Positions 52,205-64,000 of a DNA stretch of 64,000 bases are shown here, piece by piece. This DNA is from Octopus sinensis (taxonomy: Eukaryota). The notes below the pieces were generated by a model. That model ran no database searches and was not told where the DNA came from. It was given only the letters and a program-made list of their open reading frames with translations. Each line of letters starts with the position of its first letter. Positions within the stretch are counted from its first letter, which is position 1. The DNA is taken from contig NC_043003.1 in NCBI RefSeq assembly GCF_006345805.1, forward strand, positions 87,792,001 to 87,856,000, read 5' to 3'. The position numbers and the translations under genes were made by a program.

Positions 52205-53395
52205 TCCTCAGGGCTGCTAAATTCAATGGTAACACAATGAAAGGCTGGTCAAGTGAGATTGTTGAAATATTAGATTGCAGGCATGTAGATGTGTGCTATA
52301 TACAAAAGATGAAAGAACCTCTACAAGACACCTCATGGTCAAGAAACAGAGGTAAACTTTTCTGGGTAGGTAGTAGTAAAGGTAGGGATGGTGGGAGATT
52401 TAGCAGAGAAATAGTTAGATAAAGTGATTGGAGTAGTCAAAGTGTGTGATAGGATTAAGATAAGATTAGTATTAGATTATACAACAGTAACATTTATCTC
52501 AGCATATGCCTCACAAATTGGACTGATGGATGAACTGAAGAATCATTTCCATGATTCCATTCTGAAGATTACCTCAACAGACAACAAAGACTTTATTATT
52601 GTGGCTGGTGATTTCAACAAACATATTGGGCAGTACTCCAATGGATTTCTCAATGTAGATGGAGGTTATAGCTTTTATTCTAGAAATGAGGTGGGAACAA
52701 GGCTGCTGGGATTCCATGATACTAATGACCTGTTAATCTACAACATCAACTTCAGAAAACCTATCAGCCACTTGATCACCTATGAATCTGGTCAACACAA
52801 AAGTCAGAGTGACTACATTCTCACTAGAAAACAGAATAGACAGATGCTTCTGAATGCAAATTCCTTCCCTGGTAAAGAATCTACTCCCCAACATAGGGTC
52901 ATAAGTGACTTAAGCTAGAAGGTTTCAGAAATGCAAACCAATCTGGAAAAGGAAGACCTGGAACCTTAGAGATCCTTCAAACATAGATTTAGAGATGTAT
53001 TAATTAGAGCATTTGATGAAAAGGAGAAGAGGATATATAACAGAGAGGACAAATGGAAATTCTTACTAGATAATCTACTGAAAGCAAATCTGTGGTTTCA
53101 GCAAAATTCCAGCCAGATCAAAAGTGATGTGATGGTGGAACAGAAAAGTAGACTGAGCAATAAAAGAGAAGAAGCAGACTTGGACAGTTTGGAAGAGTGA
53201 GAGCAACAGAGAAATTTAACAGGTAGCTAGGAGGTAGGTCTATTTAGCAAGGGGAAGGACAGAAAAGAAGAGGTTTGTGAATGTTCTCCACCATGAGGAC
53301 CAAAAACATGCAGTGTTCTGGATTAAAGGCAGTGCACCAGACCAAATCAATATGTTGTGAGAGAGAAATGTATGCTTGGAAGTGATATTATGAAA
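52205..53395 (+). pseudogene. Old RTE endonuclease/linker fragment, same family as copies 1 and 2
   Basis: ORF 52424-52918: FISAYASQ..VAGDFNKHIG..NFRKP..DYIL..PQHRV. Confidence 0.85.
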
Positions 53396-53399
53396 GGTT

Positions 53400-53745
53400 A
53401 TAACAGGAATGGATGGCTGAAAATTTTCATGATCACATAACCCCTAACATTTGGCCTCTTAATTCCCAAGATCTCAATCCATTGGGCTATTACATGTGGA
53501 GCATTGAGAGAGAGGTCGATGAACACACCCATAAGACCAAAGATTCTTTGAAAGCTACTATAGTCAGAGTAATGTCCAAAATGAACCAGGACCACTTGAT
53601 TCGAGCATGTAGAGGATTTAGATCTCATATAGAAGCAGTTGTTAAAGATGAAGGTGGCTTTATTGAATAACATTATAGAAAAGAAGGTTTATTTTTATAC
53701 TCATAACATTTTTCTGATAAACATAAATCTGTCCTCAAATATCTT
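53400..53745 (+). mobile_element. Tc1/mariner (maT/DD37D-like) 3' fragment
   Basis: IWPLNSQDLNPLGYYMWS (WPPSSPDLNPLDY-like); terminal ..ATCTTATGCACCCTG. Confidence 0.7.
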
Positions 53746-53844
53746 ATGCACCCTGTGTATGTGTGTGTGTGTGTGTTTGTGTGTATACACTTACATATAT
53801 ACATATTAATTTGAAAAACCCTGTTGGATAGAAAATGATGAAGG

Positions 53845-54250
53845 CTGTTTGTGGGACTTGAACCCACGTTTCCTGTAGATATGATAGGCATTCTACTACT
53901 GTACCAATGAAATCCTTTGAATTTTCTATTCATTTATAAACTTTAATTCTCACAAGTGAGAATTGTATGTTGCTGACATAAGAATTTTATAAACTTTTGT
54001 GAGAACATAAACTAATTCAATTTTGGAATTCCATGCCTTCCATAAAGCTATAATAGCATGTAAATATTGGGATTCAAAAACTCTTTGGGATAGAAAATAA
54101 GGTGAAGGCTGCCCATCGACAACAGACGATTTGTTGCTGGTCAGAATAAAGTTTCTAAAATTGATAGAAAAATTGAAGAATTGCTTGGTATAATGGTAGA
54201 ACACGTGTCATATCTACAAGAAATGTAAATTGAAGTCCTATGGGGAGCCC
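53845..54250. repeat. Inverted repeat with about 105-bp arms, each ending in an outward-facing tRNA-like head
   Basis: Minus-strand TGGTACAGTAGTAGAA..GGTTCAAGTCC and plus-strand TGGTATAATGGTAGAA..AATTGAAGTCC share TCATATCTACA; the adjacent inner sequence is also reverse-complementary. Confidence 0.6.
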
Positions 54251-54689
54251 TCAACTTCTTCTATCCAAAGTGGTTTTACAGTGCAATATATACATGCTAT
54301 TATTTAAAGCTTTATATGGGCTTTGAGATTTCAATTTAAAAAATCATTTCACATTCTCTGGAAAGTTTATAAGTATGAATTCTAATGTTGGAGATGATTC
54401 TAACTTCAAATTCCAAAAGACTGGATCAAGTTCAGATGGTTAAACAGCAAAAGTTCCCATACAGAGTACAAGCCTTGTCATTAGGTAGGGACAGGGTTTC
54501 TGTTGAATTGTTAGCAATAAACAATTTGATACTACAATGGTAACACAACCCAAGAGAGATAAATAAGCAATGATATATATATTTTCTGAAGTATTTCAGT
54601 TGACCTAACCTCAACTGCAAGAACTCGGAGACTATTTGTTAGAATCTACTTAAGTTGTTTGAGGATGTTACATGAATACAGACACATCC

Positions 54690-54850
54690 AAATACAGCCA
54701 TGTGATGATGTCACTTCACAACCAAGTGATTACAGGTTTCATCCCACTAGATGGCACCTTGGATACATGTCTTCTACTGTAACCTAAGGTTGACTAATTC
54801 TTTGTGAGTGAAATTTGGTAGGTGGAAACAGTGCAGAAGGCCGTTGAGTG
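54690..54850 (+). mobile_element. Degenerate SINE fragment
   Basis: ..TCCCACTAGATGGCACCTTGG..TGTCTTCTACT..GTGAGTGAAATTTGGTAG. Confidence 0.55.
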
Positions 54851-55389
54851 CATGTGTATACTGGTGTAAATAGATATGTCAAATTACATCTCTTTCCAAT
54901 TAAAAGGTAAAACTTGGTTATATGATAAATAAAGGTTGCTAAAATAAATGCCAGAATTAACTAAAAACAGGGGTGGGTAATATAATTAACAAAAACTACA
55001 GCAAACATTCTTTGTTTCAGATTGTTGTGAAATGATTCCAACCATGTCTGAAATACTTCAGAAATCTGAAAATATTTCAAGTTTGTACTCGCCAGACAGC
55101 ATAGCAAACTCAATTAGAGAATTCAAATACAACCCAGAAGAAGGTATTACCTTGTCTGGATATTTTTGTAGACACGAAGAAATCTTTAAAGAAGTGTGTA
55201 AAAGTTGGTCCGATTAGAAAAAAATATCAATTACTTATAAGAACACGAAAAATATAGTAATTATATTCTGCCCAAGAAACCAAGTGGGATTTGTTTCGAT
55301 GAAACAATATTTTATCGATAATTTTCAGTGAAAGAAGTTCTTTGTTCAATAATTGCTGGCAATGGTTTAATTTGGTCAAAAATTCTCCC

Positions 55390-58070
55390 CATCTTGCCTA
55401 GTTTTGGGTGTCCTCCCTTCTCAAGCCAACCCTCCCAATCTCTTCCACATTTTCCTTGGTCTACCTTGCTTTTGCTGTCCATTTACCTCAAACTCTAGTA
55501 CCCTCTTCAGAACATGCTTCTCATCCCTCCTCAACACATGCCCATACCACCGCACTCCATTTGCCCTTGCCAGCTGTTCTACTGATTCCTCCAACTCCAA
55601 CATCCCCATCAAGTTTTCAGTCCTCTTATCAAACAGCTTCACACCACACATTTCTCTCACCATTGCTCTCTCAGTCCTTCTCAAAATTACCATCTCTCTC
55701 TCTCTCTCTCAAACACCATGTCTCACCCCCATACAGCATTGCAGCTCTCACACAACTCCTATAGACCTTTTATTTTGTCTTCAATGAGAACCTTTTCCCA
55801 TATAACAAAGCTTCACATTCCCTGAACTTTACCCAGTCAAGTCTCGCTCTTGCTGTCACAGCTGCTTCACATCCACCCTGTTTCCCAAATAACAAAACCC
55901 TCTCACCGTCTCCAGCTCGTCACATAGTGTTTCCATTGACTTCGCCAGCCCTCCAGCTCCTTTCTCACATCTTCCACAAACTCTCTTGCCAGTCTTGGGG
56001 TCACCTTCTTCATTTTTGTACATCTACCATGAATCCATTTCCCACATCTTGTACACAATACTGCATTTGCCATTACCCCCCTCCCACATACACTATATGG
56101 ATTCACTTTACTCACTAACACTTCTTCCACCGCACTCACCATCACCATTGTCTTCCTGAGGTTTACCTTCAAACCTTTGCTTTCAAACACCTCCTTCCCT
56201 TCTCAAAACTTCTCCCTCAATCCCTTCATTGTTTCACTCATCAGAACAAGGTCATCTGCATACAGTATCCTCATTAACAGTCCCTCTCTTCCACTCTCCG
56301 TCACCACATCAACCACTATTGCAAATAACAATGGTGACAACACAGATCCCTGATACACACCAACTTTCACCGCAAACTCCTCCGACAGCTCTGATCCAAC
56401 TCTCACTTTTGTCTTTACCCCTTTGTACAAACTCATCGCTGCTCTCACTATTACCTCCAGTACACCACTCTTCCTCAATGCTCACTCAATCACCTTCCTT
56501 GGAACCCTGTCAAATGCCTCCTCCAGATCAACGAAGCACATGTACAATTCCTTCTCCTTATCTCGGTATTTCTCTTGCAATCTCCTTACAATGAACACTG
56601 CATCTATTGTCCTCCTTCCTGGCATAAAACCAAATTGCATCTCATCCACATCCACTCCTTTCCAAATTCTCCTCTCCAACACTCTTTCCACTATCTTCAT
56701 TGCATGCTCCAATAGATTCACTCCTCTCGCATCCCCTTTCTCCTTGAATATCCATACCACCATACTTAGTGCCCAGTCCTCTGGCATTCCTCTTCCATCC
56801 AGCATACCCTGGCAGAGCTCCATCATCACAACAATCCCTATCTCTCCACTTGCAGTTATCATTTCCACACTTACTTCTGATGGACCAGCTGCCTTTCCTG
56901 TTTTCCTTTCCTTCATTGCTTCCACTACTTCTTCCCGACTAACCCTCTTCACTGGCCCCTTCATCACAGCACTCTGATCCCATTCATTCTCCTCATTCAT
57001 AATTCCCTCCATATGCTCCTTCCAAACTCTTCCCCTGTCCTTCTCACTAAAATTCAACCTTCCATCACTCCGCCTTATACATCTTCCTCCCTCAACATCT
57101 CTTCCATCACTTTTCATTGATTTAATAAACCAAAACACTCTACCTGGGTTCTCATCCAGGCTGCTCAACCTCTCCTCAGCCTCATTCCTCATAGATCTCA
57201 CAACCACCCTCTTTGCATGATTCTTCATGCTATTATACCTGGCTTTCATTTGCTCAGTCCTAAAGCTTTGTGCGCCTCCTTCTTCCTCACTACCACGTAC
57301 CTCACCTCCTTGTTCCACCACCACATATTTCCTCGAGCTCTCCTACCCTTCGTCCTTCCACACACTTTGTCACATGCCTTTAGTACTCCTTCTTCAAAAG
57401 AATTCCACAAATCCGGTGCATGAATGCTTACCAACTCCCTAACTCTCTCCTCAAACCTTGCTCTTGTTTCTTCTTCCTTCAGTTTCCACACCTTCCTCCT
57501 CTCAACTGTTCTCTTTCTCACACACTTTTTAACTTTCCTCTTATCCAAGTCAGCAACCACAAACCTGTGCAACTCCCCTGGTATTGTCTTCACATTTCTC
57601 AGATATTTTCTGTTTTTCCTGCCAACCAACACAAAATCAATCTGTCTCATTCCCTCCTGCACTGAAAGTCACCTTCCATTTCTCTGTTTTCCTAAACCAC
57701 GTATGTGCCACACACAACTCTTTCTCATCACAAAACTCCAACAGCATCCTTCCTTCCAAATATCTCTCCCCAATTTCATTTCCCCCATGCACACCCTCAA
57801 AGGATCCATTTCCCAACATTGTCCATTAAAATCACCCATACCCAAAACCAATTCAGCAACCTTTTGTAAGTCCCACTCATTTACCATTTCATCAAAGAAC
57901 TGCTCTTTCTTAGCAATCCCTCTTCCACTTTGCAGACCATACCCACAAATCACCCTCACCACTTCTTCCTCAAATGCTAACACTACTGTCATCGCTGTCA
58001 CTCTTTCTCCTGACCTCCACCGCCTTCTCACAGGTTTCTTCCTTCACCAAAACTCTCACACCTCCAGCCC
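55390..58070 (-). mobile_element. RTE/RTE-X-like LINE of a second family, frameshifted, inserted in Gypsy gag
   Basis: [51 protein letters not shown] and a PHD-like SVCGRGV..CTRCGKWIHGRC. Confidence 0.88.
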
Positions 58071-61000
58071 CTGCTATTTTAAAAATATAAAATGCTACAA
58101 GCAGAAAAAATCATGCAAATGGATTATTAGTGACAAAAAATACAAATGAGCCTCAAAGAGAATTTGTGTATGTAAAAATTAATAACAAAGACATAAGATT
58201 ACAATTGGATACAGGCAGCAACATCTCAATAATTAACACAGATACATCAAAAAAGATCAGGAGATCTAAATTAAATGAAACCTCAAAAATTGCCAGTGGT
58301 GTTTCAGGAAAAAAAATCATATTTTAAGGGTGAATTGATAAGTAACATTACTTTTTGTGAAAAAACCTTAAAGGCTAAAGTTCTTTTGTGTTAAATAATA
58401 CAACAAACTTGTTCGGTACTGACTGGATGGAACTGTTTAATTTATGGGACCTCCCCATAAATCTTTTCTGTAAAAATGAAAATGGCTTTTCCTCCAGTAG
58501 ATAAGATGTCAGACAAATTGAAAAAACAAATAAAAAATATTTTTCCAGAAGTTCTGTCTGATAAATTAGGTCTGTGTACCAAAACAAAAGCACAGTTTCA
58601 AATACAGTATTTAAACAAAAATGAACTGTACTGTTCACAGCGTTAGAACAGATAAACTTAGAGTTATCCAAAAAGTGGAATATTCTAAATAGGCAGCACC
58701 AACTGTGTACATTAAGAAAAAGAATAATAAAATCAGAGTGTTTGCTGATTTTTCCACTGGTTTAAACAAATGTCTTAAAACGTGCCATTATCTGCTACCT
58801 ATTCCGGATGATATTTTTGTGAAATTAAATGGTGGAAAGATATTTTCTAAATTGGATCTCTCTGACATGTACCTACAAATTAGAGTAGATGATGAATGCT
58901 CTAAGTATCTAACAATTAACGCACATAAAGAACTGTATAAATACAACAGGTTACCATTTGGCTTAAAAGTCACACCAGGAATTTTTCAACAGATTATGGA
59001 TGCAATGTTAGCGGACTGTGGATTCGCAATTCCATATCTGGATGATATACTCATTAAAAGTGAATGCAGGGATCAACATGTAGAGCACATAAAATATGTA
59101 TCAGAAAAAAATTAGGGATTATGGCTTTACTTTGAGTGAAGAAAAGTATGAATTTTTCTTACTGAAAATAAGATATTTAGGACAAATCATTGACAGAATG
59201 CACATCGACCAGACCTGTTAAAGGTGGACGCAATTAAAAATATGCCCCCTCTGACTAATATAGTGACCTTACAAGCATATTTAGGATTGGAAAATTATTA
59301 CTAAAATTATATTCAAAATGTGCTTAAGGTAAGGGTGCCACTGAATAATTTGCTGAAAAAGATATGAAATGGAATTGGTCGGAAAACTGTCAAAAGGCAT
59401 TTGATCAATTAAAAAAATTCTAACATCTGATTTGTTGTTGGCACACTTTGATCATGCAGCAGAGATTGTTGTAGCTTCAGACACTTCTGAGTACAGTATA
59501 GTAGCAGTGATGCTACATAAATATAAAGATGGTAACATGAAGACAGTGGTTCATGCCGCACATTCTCTGAAAGCAGCAGAGAAAAATTAGTCAAATCAAA
59601 AGAGAAGCTCTAGCAGTTATTTTTGATGTGAAAAAATTTCACACATTTTTACATGGTATAAGTTTTCATCTACAGGCTGATCACTGTCTATTATTATCGA
59701 TATTTGGGTCAAAGAAAGAAATTCCTACCCATACTGCTAATAGGTTGCAACACAGGGATATAATATTATTAAACTATGATTTCAAGATGTAGTATATACC
59801 ATCCAAGAGACTAGGTCATGCAAATTGTCTATCAAGACTGATTTTGAAAAATGCAGAACCATTTGAAGATACTGTTATTGCTGCTTTGCAAGCAGAAAAT
59901 GAAATTAAAATGTTTTGTGTAATGTCATTCGTGAGCTGCCAGTTACTTTACAAGACATAAAATTGAAATCGAAAAACGATAAATTTATTATCAAAATGAA
60001 AGTACTGCTGAAGACTAAAAGAGATAAAAATATGCACAACACAAATGCAAACCATTTCTCATTGTGTGACAATATGTTGATGTATGCACAAATAGTTATA
60101 GTGCATGCCACACTACAAAAGCAATTATTAACAGAATTTCATATGAATCACCCAAGAATTTCGAGAATGAAATCATTAGTGAGAAGTTACGTATATTGGC
60201 CAGCAATGGACTGTGACATTGAAGAATCAGTGAAAGCATGCAGAGGGTGTACCTTAGCTGAAAAATCACCTACCACTAAATGGCAACTGTGGCCAAAAAC
60301 AGATGTTCCATGGGCCAGACTGCATATTGATTATGCAGGTCCCCTTAAGGGTTCATATTACCTTGTCATGGTGGATAGTTTTTCAAAGAAGCTGGAAGTG
60401 CATAAATGTAAAAAGCCGACATCTACAGTTACAATATGTTTTTTATATGAATTGTTCACCTGGTATGGTATTCCAGACAGCATTGTGTCGGTTAATGGAA
60501 CTCAATTTATGTCAGACAAGTTCAGAAAATTTTGCAAAATGTTTGTTATCGAACATGTCACCACTATGCTTTGTCATCCTAGATCAAATGGACAAGCAGA
60601 GCGTTTTGTTGACACTTTCAAGAGGGCGTCGAAAAAGGTGAACAATGAAGTGATGGACAATTTTGCACTTCAATAATTTCTAAAAGTGTACCGAGTAATT
60701 CCTAATCCGAATACACAATCAGGCATGTCGCCCACTGAACTGATGCTTGTTAGAAAGGTCAGATCTGTTTTTGATAAGCTAATACCAAGTGAAAATTAAA
60801 AAAAGGCAAACAACAAAAATACTTCAAAATTCTTCATGTTAGGTGACAAAGTTTTTTTTAAAAACCTATAGATATGGTAAAGAAAGCTGGGAGGACGGTA
60901 TAATAATTAAACAAATTGGAAAAATGATATTCCTGGTAAAAGGAAAGAAGGCTGAATACAAAAGACATTAACCAGCTTAAGAAAAGATTCACAGAAAAAA

Positions 61001-61216
61001 CAGTCATGAGAAATGAAATCCCTATGGAAGTATTGTATGACACATTTGATGTACCAACACCCAAACAATTTGAAACTAGACGTTATAGCACTAGAAAATG
61101 GAAAAGAATGGAAACAATGGAATTTAACCCTAAATGTAAGTCATATTAAAACTCAAAGTGGAGTTCAATTCTTAAAAGGGGAGAAGGTAAGGGAAACTGA
61201 TTCTAAAAAGAGGAGA

Positions 61217-61389
61217 CGTTGTGGAAGGATTCCAACCACCCTTTAAGTGTGAGTGATTGGTAGTTCGTGTAACTAGCAGTTCACTGTGAACCTTTGACAT
61301 AGAACATTGAGTCTCATGTAATAGGAATAGTAGTGTGTTATGTACATACTTTCTTCCCCACTACTTTGTTATATTATATATCCAATACA
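61217..61389 (+). repeat. 3' LTR of the Gypsy element (173 bp)
   Basis: Follows AAAAAGAGGAGA; begins CGTTGTGG (TG mutated) and ends ..AATACA; the first 22 bp match 55023-55044 at 19 of 22 positions. Confidence 0.7.
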
Positions 61390-61498
61390 ATGATAAAAAA
61401 TTACAAATTGTGACATGTAAGGACTTAAACTATGATAGATTTTTTTTTAATTACCAGACTTAACAGTTACAACATAACAATGATAATCAGAAGAATTA

Positions 61499-61660
<162 letters not shown>

Positions 61661-61734
61661 CTAAAAAAGAAAAAAATAGGTAAAATATCAGAACAAGCAA
61701 AGTAATCAGCTTTTATATAGAATAGCATTCACTA

Positions 61735-61929
<195 letters not shown>

Positions 61930-61997
61930 TCAAACAAGAGGAGAGAGAAAGATCTGGCTGATCTTACTGGATGGTGTGAACAAATTTTCCACTTTAC

Positions 61998-62162
61998 CTG
62001 ATGATATCGATAAGATTTTTCCAAACGCATGTATTTTAAACAATATTCACAAATCCATAATTTGGGTTGTTTTCCATATTCTTCAGGGTAAGGTGAAAAA
62101 TACCAGGCATCTATTTCATATTTTCCAATCTGTATTTTGTCAATATACTTGACTTTTGTGAT
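61998..62162 (-). CDS. KAT8: KAT8 exon (165 nt) with most of the C2HC zinc finger
   Basis: ttatag|[55 protein letters not shown]|gtaaag. Confidence 0.97.
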
Positions 62163-62354
62163 CTATAACAAAAAAAGATGGAATATGAAAGAAAGCTTCC
62201 AAAATGTTTATCAAAATTCTCAAGTTAATATAGTTTAGTTTTATATTTCAAAAATATCCTTAATCTATCAAGAACTACCAATGGATAACACTGGTTCAAA
62301 CATATTCTGATAATAATTAATCCTAGGATTTTCTTTACAAGCATGTTGAATCAA

Positions 62355-62388
<34 letters not shown>

Positions 62389-62789
62389 TAGTGTTACATA
62401 AAATTTAGATCTACATACTTTGGTTGTAAATTTTGTTTTATTCATTCCTGCTGACAACAAAAGACACTAACAAAAGCAAATAGTTTATTTGTAATTCTAA
62501 CTAGAATTTCACATTCTTAAGTAAATCTTGTCTGAATGAAAACAGGTTTCAATTTTGAAACAACAAATGAAATTACTGAACCTTATAGCATTCAGACAAA
62601 GTCTTGCTGAAATATTCTTGTAGTTACAAGGAAGCCCCCATATATCACACACTGATATCTAAATAAACAGTACTATTGGAAGGAATAAACATTATATAGA
62701 GAAATAAATTACTCATTAGTCAAGAAAATTAACTTGAGACATAAATATCAGCAATAACTAAAGAAATCAGAAATATATTTTCATCTAAC

Positions 62790-62843
62790 CGCTTCATGTT
62801 CCTTTTCAAGAGCTGCAGTTGTTGGGTCCATCTCAGCATATGT
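62790..62843 (-). CDS. KAT8: KAT8 exon (54 nt), most upstream exon found in the window
   Basis: ttttag|TYAEMDPTTAALEKEHEA|gttaga, matching human KAT8 as I recall it. Confidence 0.95.
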
Positions 62844-62913
62844 CTAAAATTTTTTTTAAAATTCAGATTTTAGAACAATGTAAACAAAAATATGAAATGA
62901 CAAAAATATCTTG

Positions 62914-63130
62914 GACAATGTTCCTCCTAATTTTTTTCCGTGAGTGAGGGTGTGCAGAAATTTACTTGTGTGCAAATTTTCTCTTTCTTTGTAAAGTTAT
63001 GTGCACATCTAAGTGAAAAATCATCTTCAATTTAAAAAATTTAATTTCTTGAAAATGTGTGCACACTTTTTTCCTTTGTGCACTAGTTATAAAACATGTG
63101 TATTTGTACAAGCACACAATGTAGGAGAGA
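62914..63130. mobile_element. Possible decayed hAT-type MITE
   Basis: Starts CAATGTTCCTCCTAA with repeated TGTGCA(C) motifs; right terminus poorly conserved. Confidence 0.3.
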
Positions 63131-64000
63131 CTTTAATCTTAGAATTCCTCCAGTCATCAACATAAACATTTAACAAATATATATACAAGCCAACAAAGGA
63201 GCCAATGTTGAACAGGAATCCACACAAACTTCAACTGAAGAACTTATCAAGGGAAATTATTCAGGTGAAAACAATCAATTAGTTGAATAATAAATTTTAG
63301 AATTATTACAAGAAAAAATTTTAAACATTCTACTGATGTTATTGAATATCTCTAGATCTTACTATGGCACATAATAGTTGACCAACTGACTAGTTTTAAT
63401 TCACAGAACATTGCACCACAAATACCATGGTCCCACCCTAGTCGGAGGACCACTAAGCTCATTCCATAATTTTGTACTTAATTGTATATTGTATGGTTTA
63501 ACAATCTGGATAGTTTGTTACACAGACTAACAGGGAGGAGGAGTTGGCCAGAGCATGACAGTTGCAGTTCCTTCATATTTGTTACTGAGCTACAGAGGGC
63601 ACATCTCAGCAGTGTTAGCGGACAGGAAGCTTACTGATCATTATTATCATTGTTCTAACATCTACTTTTCTATGCTTGCATATTTCACTCTTTCTCTCTC
63701 TCACGTGCACACATGCACACACAGACATACATACATCTTTCACTTTCTGTTCTCTGTCCTTTTCGCTTTCTCTTCTTTCAATTTCTGCTCTCTTCAAAGC
63801 ATAAAGAAATAAATTTTTTACGGAATCAGAGGGAGAAACACAAAATGAGAGAGAGACGAGAGAAAGAAACAGAGACAGAAAACGAGTTGCTATAGATGAA
63901 AGACAGGGATAGAGGGTGACAGAAAAATGCTGATGTTTCATACCTTATGCATGTTCTAAAAGTGAGAGAGAGAGACAGAGAGATAGAGAGAGTGTGTGTG

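Larger units (their letters stand above)
55023..61389 (+). mobile_element. Decayed Gypsy/Ty3 LTR retrotransposon interrupted by an RTE
   Basis: Gag remnant IANSIREFKYNPEEGIT; protease LQLDTG; RT FSKLDLSD..LPFG..YLDD; integrase H..H..C..C and HIDYAGP..SNGQAER; purine tract before the 3' LTR. Confidence 0.9.

Noticed and set aside
62844-64000. Further upstream KAT8 exon (expected ..RKHDEINHVQK)
   Set aside because: No matching frame with splice sites found; it probably lies beyond the window.

Overview
AT-rich eukaryotic window, very likely from a coleoid cephalopod (octopus-like). That assignment is an inference from the RTE LINEs with (GAT)n tails, the tRNA-derived SINEs and the kilobase-scale TA/TACA microsatellites. 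One host gene is identifiable: the 3' part of KAT8 (MOF/MYST1 histone H4K16 acetyltransferase) on the minus strand. Seven coding exons splice into one open frame (62843-62790, 62162-61998, 61899-61810, 61660-61520, 41411-41318, 35244-35094, 34336-34120); the 5' exons lie beyond the window. Most of the rest is transposon-derived. There are two near-identical young RTE LINE copies in inverted orientation (1492-4868 + and 44421-50320 -), many older RTE fragments, a CR1 3' end, an L1/Tx1 element nested in a mariner nested in an RTE, several mariners, a decayed Gypsy element, a Penelope-like GIY-YIG remnant and SINEs. The most unusual locus is the full-length RTE lying sense inside the 20-kb KAT8 intron. 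It has a hierarchical monomer array at its 5' end, an apparent 117-nt spliceosomal intron linking an upstream ATG to the EN-RT ORF, an acceptor in phase with the upstream KAT8 exon, and a PHD-type finger after the RT core. Also notable are three hammerhead-ribozyme cores at 19.27-19.78 kb (two forming the arms of an inverted-repeat element) and a foldback element carrying only the catalytic core of a LINE RT. All coordinates were read by hand; nothing was searched or computed with tools.
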